Assembly: GCA_001023575.1 (NCBI GenBank)
Contig: CP011489.1
Location: 2,319,747 to 2,351,746, forward strand
DNA from: Actinobacteria bacterium IMCC26256
GTDB lineage: Bacteria > Actinomycetota > Acidimicrobiia > IMCC26256
Length of the DNA stretch: 32,000 nucleotides
Reading direction: 5' to 3'
Shown here: in pieces, positions 17,903 to 25,228 of the stretch
Layout of the letters: every line of letters begins with the position of its first letter
Numbering within the stretch: the first letter of the stretch is position 1
Program-made: the position numbers and the translations under genes
Notes under the pieces: model-generated
Seen by the model: the letters and a program-made list of their open reading frames with translations, nothing else
What the model was told of the DNA's origin: nothing
The model's database searches: none

Positions 17903-18598
17903 ATGAGAGTCACAAAGGCAGCAAGAAGCCTCATCGCAACTTCAGTTCTCTTACTCGCATCCCTCGGATTTATCCCGAGCATCTCCTCGATCTCGACTGC
18001 CGGCGCAGCGGACTCCGCAGCAGCCTCGCAGCTCATTTCACTCACCAACTCACTGCGCGCCAGCCGCGGGCTCCCCGCCCTTCAATCAAATGGAGCACTC
18101 ACGGCCAAGGCCGAGGGATGGGCACAGCACATGGCCGACACCGGCGTCCTTGCACACTCCGTACTCGCTGACGGTGCGCCCGGAGAGTGGACCCACCTTG
18201 GAGAGAACGTTGGCCGAGGGGGAGATGTCAGCGGTATCCATAATGCCTTCGTTGCATCTGCGTCTCACCTCAAGAATCTTGTAGATCCGGGGTTCCGGTA
18301 CGTGGGAATCGGCGTCGTGAGTATCAACGGGGGCATCTACGTCTCTGAGGTATTCATGCAGACCGAGTCTCAGCCCGCTGCGAGCTCCCCAGTTCCAACG
18401 GCCGCAGCCCCAGCCCCAGCCAAATCCACACAGCCAGGATCATCGCGACCTGTTGCATCAGCCCCACGCTCTGGAGGATCCACCTCTGGCGGCTCGGGTC
18501 GAGTAACAGCAACGCCAGTACCTGTCGTGGTAACTCCGCCACCTGCCCCCGAGCAGTTGACCGTAGTTCTAGAGCGCCTTCGGGCACTCGACGGGTAG
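17903..18598 (+). CDS. Secreted CAP/SCP/PR-1-like (YkwD-type) domain protein with a Pro/Ala/Ser-rich C-terminal tail
   Basis: 231 aa. Signal peptide MRVTKAARSLIATSVLLLASLGFIPS. CAP-domain pattern LTNSLRASRGLPALQSNGALTAKAEGWAQHMA...HLGENVGRG...ASASHLKNLVDPGFRYVGIGV. SD-like GGGGGTGAG upstream. Confidence 0.85.
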   Translation: MRVTKAARSLIATSVLLLASLGFIPSISSISTAGAADSAAASQLISLTNSLRASRGLPALQSNGALTAKAEGWAQHMADTGVLAHSVLADGAPGEWTHLGENVGRGGDVSGIHNAFVASASHLKNLVDPGFRYVGIGVVSINGGIYVSEVFMQTESQPAASSPVPTAAAPAPAKSTQPGSSRPVASAPRSGGSTSGGSGRVTATPVPVVVTPPPAPEQLTVVLERLRALDG

Positions 18599-18618
18599 AT
18601 GCATCCAGCATCGCCCAC

Positions 18619-18720
18619 AGCAACAACAGCAAGACCTAAGACCAGCAACACCTAACACCAGCAAGACCTAACACAGCAACACCCTAAGAATTAGAACCTA
18701 AGAGTTCGAACCTCTGTAAG
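18619..18720. repeat. Degenerate ~16-nt tandem repeat, core ACCAGCAA(C/G)ACCTAAC, each unit ending in TAA(G/C)
   Basis: Units: CAGCAAGACCTAAG (18627..18640), ACCAGCAACACCTAAC (18641..18656), ACCAGCAAGACCTAAC (18657..18672), ACAGCAACACCCTAAG (18673..18688), AATTAGAACCTAAG, AGTTCGAACCTCTGTAAG. Starts 21 nt after the CAP-gene stop. Confidence 0.7.
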
Positions 18721-18791
18721 ACGGAAGACAATGCCGCTGGTGCCCGCCGGCGGCGTTGTCGCGTCTGGAGCAGTTTCGCGCCAAAGTTCCT

Positions 18792-18841
18792 GAACTTCGG
18801 GTAGTTAATGTCGCTATAGCGACACTTATCACCCGAAGTTC
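18792..18841. terminator. Long imperfect hairpin between convergent genes (possible U-tract-less bidirectional terminator or other structured element)
   Basis: GAACTTCGGGT (18792..18802) pairs with ACCCGAAGTTC (18831..18841), 11 bp. There is an inner 6-bp stem TGTCGC/GCGACA with loop TATA. No flanking T-run on either strand. Confidence 0.3.
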
Positions 18842-18866
18842 GAGAGATTGAGGGGGATTGGGGCTA

Positions 18867-18953
18867 TCAGAGCTGCAGTACGAACTGCGCTACAGCCGCT
18901 AGAAGAATTGAACCCATCAGTAGGCCGAGCGTGATGACCGTTCCTTTTCTCAT
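18867..18953 (-). CDS. Candidate small hydrophobic protein (28 aa, single predicted TM helix), not in the ORF track
   Basis: ATG 18953..18951 overlaps the TGA of the upstream DUF62 gene (ATGA). GGAG lies 7 nt upstream (ataGGAGaatctgaATG). Translation: MRKGTVITLGLLMGSILLAAVAQFVLQL, stop at 18869..18867. Confidence 0.4.
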   Translation of the reverse strand: MRKGTVITLGLLMGSILLAAVAQFVLQL

Positions 18954-19855
18954 TCAGATTCTCCTATTGGACGGGTAATGCTGACCTCTGTGACTACCGG
19001 CTCTCTACTTGTTCGTTGTCCGACGCCCACAACACTTGCGGGCGGCGTTGAGATACGCACCTCTGTTCCGATTCTTAAATCATGCTCAACTGCAGCAGAG
19101 CGCCTGTCGAGCACTAACGAGCACAGGCCATACGAGTCGACAACTAATGCAAACTCAGATGGCTTTGCATCTGCATAGGTGTGAACCCAGCGAAGCATCC
19201 CAACATTGTCGCGAATTTTTACCTCAATCTGATCGCCCACTACTAGGCCGCGCTCCTCGAGCGACTCTGGCCCGATGTTGATCTGAGCGTTACCAAACGA
19301 ATCAATCCACCAGATCTCGGCACGAATCTCATCACCATCCGTATCTGCAATCGGCAGCATCCCAGGAGTCAGCGATGCAGGGTCGATACTCTCGCCTAGG
19401 TCACCAAGCGCTATACCAGAGGCAATAAAACCTGCAGCGGGTGCGAATACATCTCGCCCTGCAAATGTAGGCCCAGCGGAGTCAAGTAAGTAATCAGGGT
19501 TTGTCAGCGAGACAGCACTTAGAGCGCCACCAAGAATCGCAACAGCGGGTGCGAGGATGCCGTTATCAGGGCCGATCAAAATGCAGCTCTCTGTCTCAAC
19601 TGCAATTGCTCTGCGATCTGTCCCTACGCCTGGGTCTACAACTGCAAGAATAATTCCGACGGGCAGATACTGAGCAGCACGCACAAGTGTGAGAGCACCG
19701 GCGCGCACATCATGTGCAGGAATGTTGTGGCTTACGTCAATGATCTGTAGATGGGGAGCGATCGAGAGGATCACAGATTTACAGACACCAACAAACTCGT
19801 CAGCCAATCCATAATCTGAGAGGAACGATACGAACTCAGGGCGAGGGGTCGCCAC
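18950..19855 (-). CDS. DUF62 family SAM hydroxide adenosyltransferase / SAM hydrolase-like protein (fluorinase/chlorinase superfamily)
   Basis: 301 aa. N-terminal pattern FVSFLSDYGLADEFVGVCKSVI and DVSHNIPAHDV, then AVVDPGVGTDRR, as in the DUF62 family. GTG start 14 nt after the upstream stop. Confidence 0.8.
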   Translation of the reverse strand: MATPRPEFVSFLSDYGLADEFVGVCKSVILSIAPHLQIIDVSHNIPAHDVRAGALTLVRAAQYLPVGIILAVVDPGVGTDRRAIAVETESCILIGPDNGILAPAVAILGGALSAVSLTNPDYLLDSAGPTFAGRDVFAPAAGFIASGIALGDLGESIDPASLTPGMLPIADTDGDEIRAEIWWIDSFGNAQINIGPESLEERGLVVGDQIEVKIRDNVGMLRWVHTYADAKPSEFALVVDSYGLCSLVLDRRSAAVEHDLRIGTEVRISTPPASVVGVGQRTSREPVVTEVSITRPIGESE

Positions 19856-19869
19856 CGGGAGGCCGCTTG

Positions 19870-20058
19870 CTACTGCGAGTAACGAGCGCCGAGGTAGGCG
19901 TCTACGTCAGATTCGCGCACTCGGAATGACCTGCCAACGCGAACGGCTGCAAGGTCACCCGCTTTGATGATTCGATAAACAGTCATGGTCGAGACGCGCA
20001 TGAGGTCTGCAACCTCCTGCACTGTAAGGAACCTTGATTTAGATAAGGGCTGTGACAC
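19870..20058 (-). CDS. Excisionase/MerR-like helix-turn-helix DNA-binding protein (small actinobacterial HTH, M. tuberculosis Rv0500A-like)
   Basis: HTH core FLTVQEVADLMRVSTMTVYRIIKAGDLAAVRVGRSFRVRESDVDAYL. I prefer GTG 20058 (GGAGG 11 nt upstream), giving 62 aa. The 120-aa longest ORF (ATG 20232) adds an N-terminus with no recognisable features. Confidence 0.75.
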   Translation of the reverse strand: MSQPLSKSRFLTVQEVADLMRVSTMTVYRIIKAGDLAAVRVGRSFRVRESDVDAYLGARYSQ

Positions 20059-20251
20059 GACTAGTAAGACCTCCACTCCGGTGAATTGGGAGTGTAGGGG
20101 TATGGGGCCTCTGCTGTCGAACGTGGGGCATGTTGCCAATGTCTGACTCTGAGAACGAAGATGGAGTTGAGATCGGACCCAGACTCCGTGGGCGCAGGGC
20201 GCGCCCCCATCGAGGCTCCAAGCCGCAGTCATAACTTCGCTTGGTAAGGCC

Positions 20252-21160
20252 TCAGCCCGGCTGATTTAACCCATCGCCTGAGACATCAGCTAGAGCGCTC
20301 AGTACCCGGTAACAATGAGGCGGCCGCTGCTCTTGAACGGGCACGATAGTTACTGGAAGGCCTCTAGCGGCCGCTACTCCTAGGGCAACGGCATCGAGAT
20401 CGGCGAAGGCCACTACCTCAGATCCGAGTTCAATTGCAGTCCCAGCGAAGCCCCTATCGGCCACTACTAAATCTGGGGTCTCGCTCCCGGCAAAGAGTGC
20501 ATCGGCTGCCCGCAACGCAGTATCCGAGATCAGATTTCCGCCAGATTCAACTAGCGCCACACCGTTTTGCCATACGAGGCGAGCCCGGGGATTCCCGGCG
20601 ACTGAGAAGGTAGCGCTCGCGAGCGCTAAAGGTTCTGGGCTTGAATATTTTGGGCTTGAATATTTTAGGGCGTCAAACTCGAGGTCCCCAAAAATCTCCG
20701 CTCCCTGCGACGCCGCTAAGCGCGCAAGGTCCGCGTAGAGCGGTAGTAGCGATGCGGGTCTCCCTGTTGCGAACGCTATTACGCCACCGCGTCTAGAGAC
20801 GTCAAGGATGCGTACCAATGCCGCGCGCATCCCGGCAATCGTGCAGTGCGGGTCTGTCCATGCTGCAGCATCACGCGCTCTCCAGCCCCAGATGTGTCGA
20901 GCCGTTGCTTCAACTACGCCATCGGTTAAGTCGATGAGCCTATCCATCCCTAGAAGCGCCTCGGGGGTACCAGCTACAACACGGCGAATGAGTGACTGTG
21001 TCTCAGCGAATCCGAATAACTCGTGGCGCCCTGCGAGGTGAGAGCGGAGGATCTCTTCATCAACGCTCGTACTTTTGGATCGCTCGGATACGACATGCGT
21101 TGATCTGGGGCGACCCTGCTGCTCGGGTCCATCTCCGAGGTGAGCTGGCCGCCGATTCAA
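20252..21160 (-). CDS. Conserved hypothetical protein downstream of proC (same position as M. tuberculosis Rv0499, from memory)
   Basis: 302-aa ORF. The TTG start overlaps the proC stop (TTGA). No motif recognised. Contains an in-frame 15-bp duplication. Confidence 0.6.
   Translation of the reverse strand: MNRRPAHLGDGPEQQGRPRSTHVVSERSKSTSVDEEILRSHLAGRHELFGFAETQSLIRRVVAGTPEALLGMDRLIDLTDGVVEATARHIWGWRARDAAAWTDPHCTIAGMRAALVRILDVSRRGGVIAFATGRPASLLPLYADLARLAASQGAEIFGDLEFDALKYSSPKYSSPEPLALASATFSVAGNPRARLVWQNGVALVESGGNLISDTALRAADALFAGSETPDLVVADRGFAGTAIELGSEVVAFADLDAVALGVAAARGLPVTIVPVQEQRPPHCYRVLSALADVSGDGLNQPG
20637..20666. repeat. Perfect 15-bp x2 tandem duplication GGGCTTGAATATTTT inside the 20252..21160 CDS
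   Basis: Read directly. It encodes the duplicated pentapeptide KYSSP-KYSSP on the minus strand. Confidence 0.95.
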
Positions 21161-21963
21161 TCCCGGCGCCCTAACTCAATCGAGCGCAGTTTGGCCTTGG
21201 TAACTGCATCGGTGATCGCCGCTCGCAGTCCATGCTCTTCGAGCGCGCGTATCCCCTCCGCAGTGGTTCCGCCTGGGGAAGTTACCTGAGCACGCAACTC
21301 AATCGGGCCTTCATTACTCGCCATTAGCAACTCGATCGAGCCCGCTACCGTCTGCTCAACAAGGCGCTCTACTAATTCGCGCGGGAGTCCATTCTGAATA
21401 CCCGCATCTACAAGCGCCTCAATGACAAGAAAAATATAGGCAGGTCCAGAGCCTGATAGCCCGGTTACTGCATCTATCAAATCCTCTGTTACTCGCTCAA
21501 CAATGCCGACATAACCAAGCACCTGCTCCGCCATCTCGGCATCCTCATCGGTCGCAAGAACACTCAGCACAATCGCTGTTGCACCGCGCCCAACCAATGC
21601 TGGCGTATTCGGCATGGCTCGAATCACTGCGCGGCCCGGGACCAACGACTCGAGATCAGCAATCGTGATCCCTGCTGCAATTGAGAGAATGCATGCACTC
21701 GTTGAGATTGAGTCACGAGCACCCTCTAGAACGCTCGCAACATCATTGGGCTTAACGGCCACAATCACAAGGTCGGCACCCGCGACGATTCTCGAGGCAT
21801 CTACGCCCACCGTTACCCCTGGAGCGTTCTTCTCAATCTCGCTACAGCGCTCTAGGTGTTGCTCCGCGATGCTGATGGCACTCGCTTCATAGCCGCCATT
21901 GAGAAGACCCATGAGGAGTGCCTCCCCCATACGACCCCCGCCAAGAATTGCAATGCGCTTCAT
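21157..21963 (-). CDS. proC: Pyrroline-5-carboxylate reductase
   Basis: Start taken at ATG 21963 (MKRIAILGGGRMGEALL, NAD(P)-binding motif). C-terminal signature SPGGTTAEGIRALEE. The 315-aa longest ORF is an overextension. Confidence 0.9.
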   Translation of the reverse strand: MKRIAILGGGRMGEALLMGLLNGGYEASAISIAEQHLERCSEIEKNAPGVTVGVDASRIVAGADLVIVAVKPNDVASVLEGARDSISTSACILSIAAGITIADLESLVPGRAVIRAMPNTPALVGRGATAIVLSVLATDEDAEMAEQVLGYVGIVERVTEDLIDAVTGLSGSGPAYIFLVIEALVDAGIQNGLPRELVERLVEQTVAGSIELLMASNEGPIELRAQVTSPGGTTAEGIRALEEHGLRAAITDAVTKAKLRSIELGRRD

Positions 21964-22074
21964 ACCTGCGAGGGTAACCGCCACAGGGGAGAGTTTCCGG
22001 GAGGTTAGGGAACAAGTCGCGCAAGCAGTGAGACTAAGTCGAGTAAGCATCGCACCTGCGCAGTGACGCGGATC

Positions 22075-22140
22075 GGCCCGAGGGAGCTTCGCCGTACCCC
22101 GCACTTCCCCGAGCGGGGTGGGCTCCGTGCACCTCGGGCC
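22075..22140 (-). terminator. Nested GC-rich stem-loop between the YbjN-like gene and proC (possible terminator lacking a U-tract, or a proC leader structure)
   Basis: Plus-strand pairs: GGCCCGAG (22075..22082) with CTCGGGCC (22133..22140); GGAGC (22083..22087) with GCTCC (22122..22126); CCCCGC (22097..22102) with GCGGGG (22113..22118), 10-nt loop. Confidence 0.3.
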
Positions 22141-22227
22141 ACACCGTTGTCAATACCTCTCGGTCTCGACGTAGGGAAACTATCCGAGGACCAAGTGCAC
22201 TACAAGGGAAAATTTAAAAGCAAGAAA

Positions 22228-22659
22228 TTAGGGGCGCTTGCCGTAGGCGATCTTCACAGCAGCCCCAAACCACCGCTCGACTACCTCGTATAGAACGCCG
22301 ATGATTCGGTCAAGCTCCCCCACAGTTAGGTGTTCAAGAGCCAGGCGGCCAGTGAGGTAGATATCGCCCTCCGGGCCCATCGAGAATCGTGTTCCATATA
22401 GATCGTGGTTACGTTGAAGCACCCAAATCGCTAACTCGGCCCTCCTCGCCTGGTCCTCCGGTGCGGGGAGAAAATAAAGCTCGTGGCGGAGAGTTCGCTG
22501 ATGTAGGTCAAAATAAATTGTTGCCGCATCACGACCGTCGCACCCAAAACGCACATACCAGCGACGCAGTTCGGCCTCGTACTCAACGTGCTGAATAGCG
22601 GGCTCGGCACTAATCGGGCCGAAGAGATGGGCATCTATTAGAGCGTGCGCCTCCTCCAT
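22228..22659 (-). CDS. YbjN-like / T3SS-chaperone-like domain protein (the mshA neighbour, Rv0487-like)
   Basis: 143-144 aa. ATG 22659 is preceded by TTG 22662 and GAGGGAG. Pattern WYVRFGCDGRDAATIYFDLHQRTLRHELYFLP...GDIYLTGRL, typical of the family. Confidence 0.7.
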   Translation of the reverse strand: MEEAHALIDAHLFGPISAEPAIQHVEYEAELRRWYVRFGCDGRDAATIYFDLHQRTLRHELYFLPAPEDQARRAELAIWVLQRNHDLYGTRFSMGPEGDIYLTGRLALEHLTVGELDRIIGVLYEVVERWFGAAVKIAYGKRP

Positions 22660-22691
22660 CAAAGCAGATACTCCCTCTTAAGCGCGCACCA

Positions 22692-22727
22692 CATCACTGG
22701 CAGCATCACTGGCCACATCACTGGCAG
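22692..22727. repeat. 12-nt x3 tandem repeat CATCACTGGCAG / CATCACTGGCCA / CATCACTGGCAG spanning the mshA stop codon
   Basis: Read directly. On the minus strand each unit reads (C/T)(T/G)GCCAGTGATG, so it contains TGATG. Confidence 0.9.
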
Positions 22728-23953
22728 AAAGTTGGCTCGCGAAGTGAAAGTTCAGAGAATAGAAGTCGAAGCCGTGCTGCAGTCATCGTCCATGCGTAAC
22801 GACGGGATCGCTGCTCCGCTGCCTCACCCATCGATTGAGCGAAGGCTCGGTCGCGAATTAATCGCTCAATCGGTGCGGCGAATGCCAGCGCATCTCGCGA
22901 CTCCACTAGGAACCCCGTCTTACCGTTCTCGACTATCGAGGTAAGCCCACCGACCGCCGCTGCGACAACAGGAGTTCCACAGGCTGCTGCCTCTAACGCA
23001 ACTAGGCCAAAGGACTCTGCGCGACTAGGAACAACACAGACATCTGCTGCGCGATATAAACCGGCGAGCGAGTCGTGGGCCTGAGGAAGCATGAACCGAA
23101 CCTGGTTATTAAGTCCGAGCTCCCCAACCTGTGCGTGCAGCTTCGCGAGTTCGCGTTCGCCCTCTAGGCCGCTCGGGCCTCCAACGATCAGGAGGAGCGC
23201 CTCGGGATTATTGAGAGCCGCTAGAGCCCTAACGGCTAGGTCTGCTCCCTTTAGCGCTTGAATACGACCAGCGAATAGCAGGGTAGGGCGATCACCGAGC
23301 CCAAGCATTGATCGCACTGCGGCACGATCTGCGGGCGTGCCAGGGTTAAAGCGCTCGTGGTCGACCCCCGGAGGAACTACAGCTATACGTTCCCGACTCC
23401 CGCCGTATAGATCAACGAGTTGAGTCACCTCTCCATCGGTAGATGCGAGCATCAAATCTGCGCACTCAATGACCTCGTGCTCAATTCGAGTGCGGTCATC
23501 AACATCATCGTCGATACCTGCATCTGCCTTGACACGAGCCAAAGTATGAAAAGTTACGGCAAGCGGAAGGTCCAAAGCATGTTTGAGTTTGTGGCCAACT
23601 GCGCCTGAGATCCAGTAGTTAGCATGAATTACATCTACTGAGTTCGGCCCGGATAGATACGCCAACGCTGCTTGAGTCATCGGGTCGATCAACTCAACTA
23701 GATCATCCTTACTAACCGTGGCGGCTGGTCCAGCATCAAGATGGACAACGCGGAAACCAGGCTCTACCTCGACAATTGGATCGAGACCCGGCGCATCAGC
23801 GCGAGTAAGAACATCGCACGCCACTCCGGCACGCGCCAATGCGGATGCAAGCGCACGCACGTATACGTTCATGCCGCCGCCATCATTCAACCCAGGCTGA
23901 GCAAGAGGCGAGGTGTGGAGACTAAGCACCGCTACGCGCTGAGGCGACCTCAC
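22718..23953 (-). CDS. mshA: D-inositol-3-phosphate glycosyltransferase (mycothiol biosynthesis, GT4)
   Basis: 411 aa. RVAVLSLHTSPLAQPGLNDGGGMNVYV N-terminus characteristic of MshA. GT4 C-terminal motif PSRAESFGLVALEAAACGTPVVA. The GTG start overlaps the upstream stop (GTGA). Confidence 0.9.
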   Translation of the reverse strand: MRSPQRVAVLSLHTSPLAQPGLNDGGGMNVYVRALASALARAGVACDVLTRADAPGLDPIVEVEPGFRVVHLDAGPAATVSKDDLVELIDPMTQAALAYLSGPNSVDVIHANYWISGAVGHKLKHALDLPLAVTFHTLARVKADAGIDDDVDDRTRIEHEVIECADLMLASTDGEVTQLVDLYGGSRERIAVVPPGVDHERFNPGTPADRAAVRSMLGLGDRPTLLFAGRIQALKGADLAVRALAALNNPEALLLIVGGPSGLEGERELAKLHAQVGELGLNNQVRFMLPQAHDSLAGLYRAADVCVVPSRAESFGLVALEAAACGTPVVAAAVGGLTSIVENGKTGFLVESRDALAFAAPIERLIRDRAFAQSMGEAAEQRSRRYAWTMTAARLRLLFSELSLREPTFCQ

Positions 23954-24420
23954 AGCACAGCTCGCAATGATGCGGGGAGCACCGTGGTCGGTGGCGATAC
24001 TCCATCTTCAGGCTCGATGAGAGTGTCTTCTGCAGTGCCTTCAAGAGGTTCAGAGACTGCAGGCGTATCGGCTCGCTCGCTCCGGAAGGAACTATAAATC
24101 TCCAGAAGGGTCTGTTTCTGTCGATCATTTAAGTGAGGATCGCGCGCGATGTGCTCGGCGAGATCGGTCTCCTCATGCTCATCGAGGATTCCGGCACGCA
24201 CGTATAGCGTCTCAGCAGATATCTGCAGACCTCGCGCTATCGATTGAAGTATCTCAGCACTTGGCTTACGCAGGCCTCGCTCAATCTGACTCAAATAAGG
24301 ATTCGAGATGCCGGCAAGTTCACTAAGTTTACGAAGGGAGATTCGGTCGTGGTGACGCTGCTCGCGGATAAAGCCGCCGAGATCACGCAGCCGGGCCTCG
24401 AGGCCATCGGTTGCAGCCAT
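23950..24420 (-). CDS. XRE-family helix-turn-helix transcriptional regulator
   Basis: 156 aa. HTH: ISLRKLSELAGISNPYLSQIERGLRKPSAEILQSIARGL. Confidence 0.85.
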   Translation of the reverse strand: MAATDGLEARLRDLGGFIREQRHHDRISLRKLSELAGISNPYLSQIERGLRKPSAEILQSIARGLQISAETLYVRAGILDEHEETDLAEHIARDPHLNDRQKQTLLEIYSSFRSERADTPAVSEPLEGTAEDTLIEPEDGVSPPTTVLPASLRAVL

Positions 24421-24423
24421 TTA

Positions 24424-24939
24424 TCAGGACCCAGCGCCTGCGATTCGCGCACCGAGCACCGAATCGAATGCATCAATTACACGATGCAACTGACGACGAG
24501 TATCGGATACCTCGCGCTCGAGCGCCTTGAGTGAATCAACCGCCTCAGCCAACTCTTCATCGGAGAGGAGTGGCAGATTGGCGAGTGTGTCGTCGGCGAT
24601 TAAATGCTCTGTACCGCGACTCCAGGTGATGCTCATAGAAGGTGCGAGTACCTCCGGCACACGAACTGAAGCAGGTGCAGGGCGCGGGCCACGGTCACTA
24701 AGAATCTCAGGGAGGCGAGCGATAAGGTCAGCGAGCGATCCGCCTTCGCTACGTCGATCGATCTCTGCCTTCAGAATCTCACCACGAGCCTGGGCGAGTC
24801 GGCGCACGTAAGAAACCTCGGTCTCTACCTCGGATGCCTCTCTGCGCATCTCCCGAATCTCATCAAGGGAGCGCGCCTCCAATCCAGCAACATGCTCTGG
24901 GGCGAGGATCTTGTCGATGCGACGTACGTATTCGGCCAT
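24424..24939 (-). CDS. RsiG-like protein (candidate c-di-GMP-binding anti-sigma factor family)
   Basis: 171 aa with two helix segments. E39-TEV-S43-YV-R46-RLA-Q50-ARG-E54 and E141-REV-S145-DT-R148-RQL-H152-RVI-D156 each differ at one position from the published RsiG motif E(X)3S(X)2R(X)3Q(X)3D. The SYVRRLAQARGEIL context also fits. Confidence 0.6.
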   Translation of the reverse strand: MAEYVRRIDKILAPEHVAGLEARSLDEIREMRREASEVETEVSYVRRLAQARGEILKAEIDRRSEGGSLADLIARLPEILSDRGPRPAPASVRVPEVLAPSMSITWSRGTEHLIADDTLANLPLLSDEELAEAVDSLKALEREVSDTRRQLHRVIDAFDSVLGARIAGAGS

Positions 24940-24976
24940 GGTCCTGACAGGTTACCGCCCCGCCACTGCTTTAGTG

Positions 24977-25228
24977 CTAGCCGCCGCTCACAGGAGGGAG
25001 AACGGCCACCTCATCCCCATGTTCGATCCGGGTCGCTAGGCCCTGAAGAGGTTCTTCTCCATTAACCCAGATGCGCGAGATTTTTATGACCTCGGCGAAA
25101 CTCGGCCCAAATCGGCTGCAGGCACCCTCGATAATCTCGGCGAGAACCCCGACTGGTACCTCAACCTCTGAGGAGCCCGCTGCCTCCCGAGCCGAGGCGA
25201 AGAGCCTCAGCCGGGCTGTCTCGCTCAG
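24977..25228 (-). CDS. MoaD/ThiS-family sulfur-carrier protein (C-terminal PPVSGG), not in the ORF track; putative CTG start
   Basis: Manual translation: (L/M)SETARLRLFASAREAAGSSEVEVPVGVLAEIIEGACSRFGPSFAEVIKISRIWVNGEEPLQGLATRIEHGDEVAVLPPVSGG, stop TAG at 24979..24977. There is no ATG/GTG/TTG between the upstream in-frame stop (25267..25265) and the conserved RLFASAREAAG core. CTG 25228..25226 overlaps the TGA of the upstream gene (CTGA). Confidence 0.65.
   Translation of the reverse strand: MSETARLRLFASAREAAGSSEVEVPVGVLAEIIEGACSRFGPSFAEVIKISRIWVNGEEPLQGLATRIEHGDEVAVLPPVSGG

Noticed and set aside
18701-18715. tRNA T-arm-like AGAG-TTCGAAC-CTCT, which could hint at a tRNA gene or an integration-site remnant
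   Set aside because: There is no acceptor, D or anticodon arm in the flanks and no CCA or discriminator context. It is simply the last unit of the degenerate repeat array.
18731-18793. 20-codon plus-strand ORF (MPLVPAGGVVASGAVSRQSS) and the CCGCCGGCGG palindrome in the CAP/DUF62 intergenic region
   Set aside because: No SD and no recognisable features. A short GC palindrome is expected by chance at this GC content.
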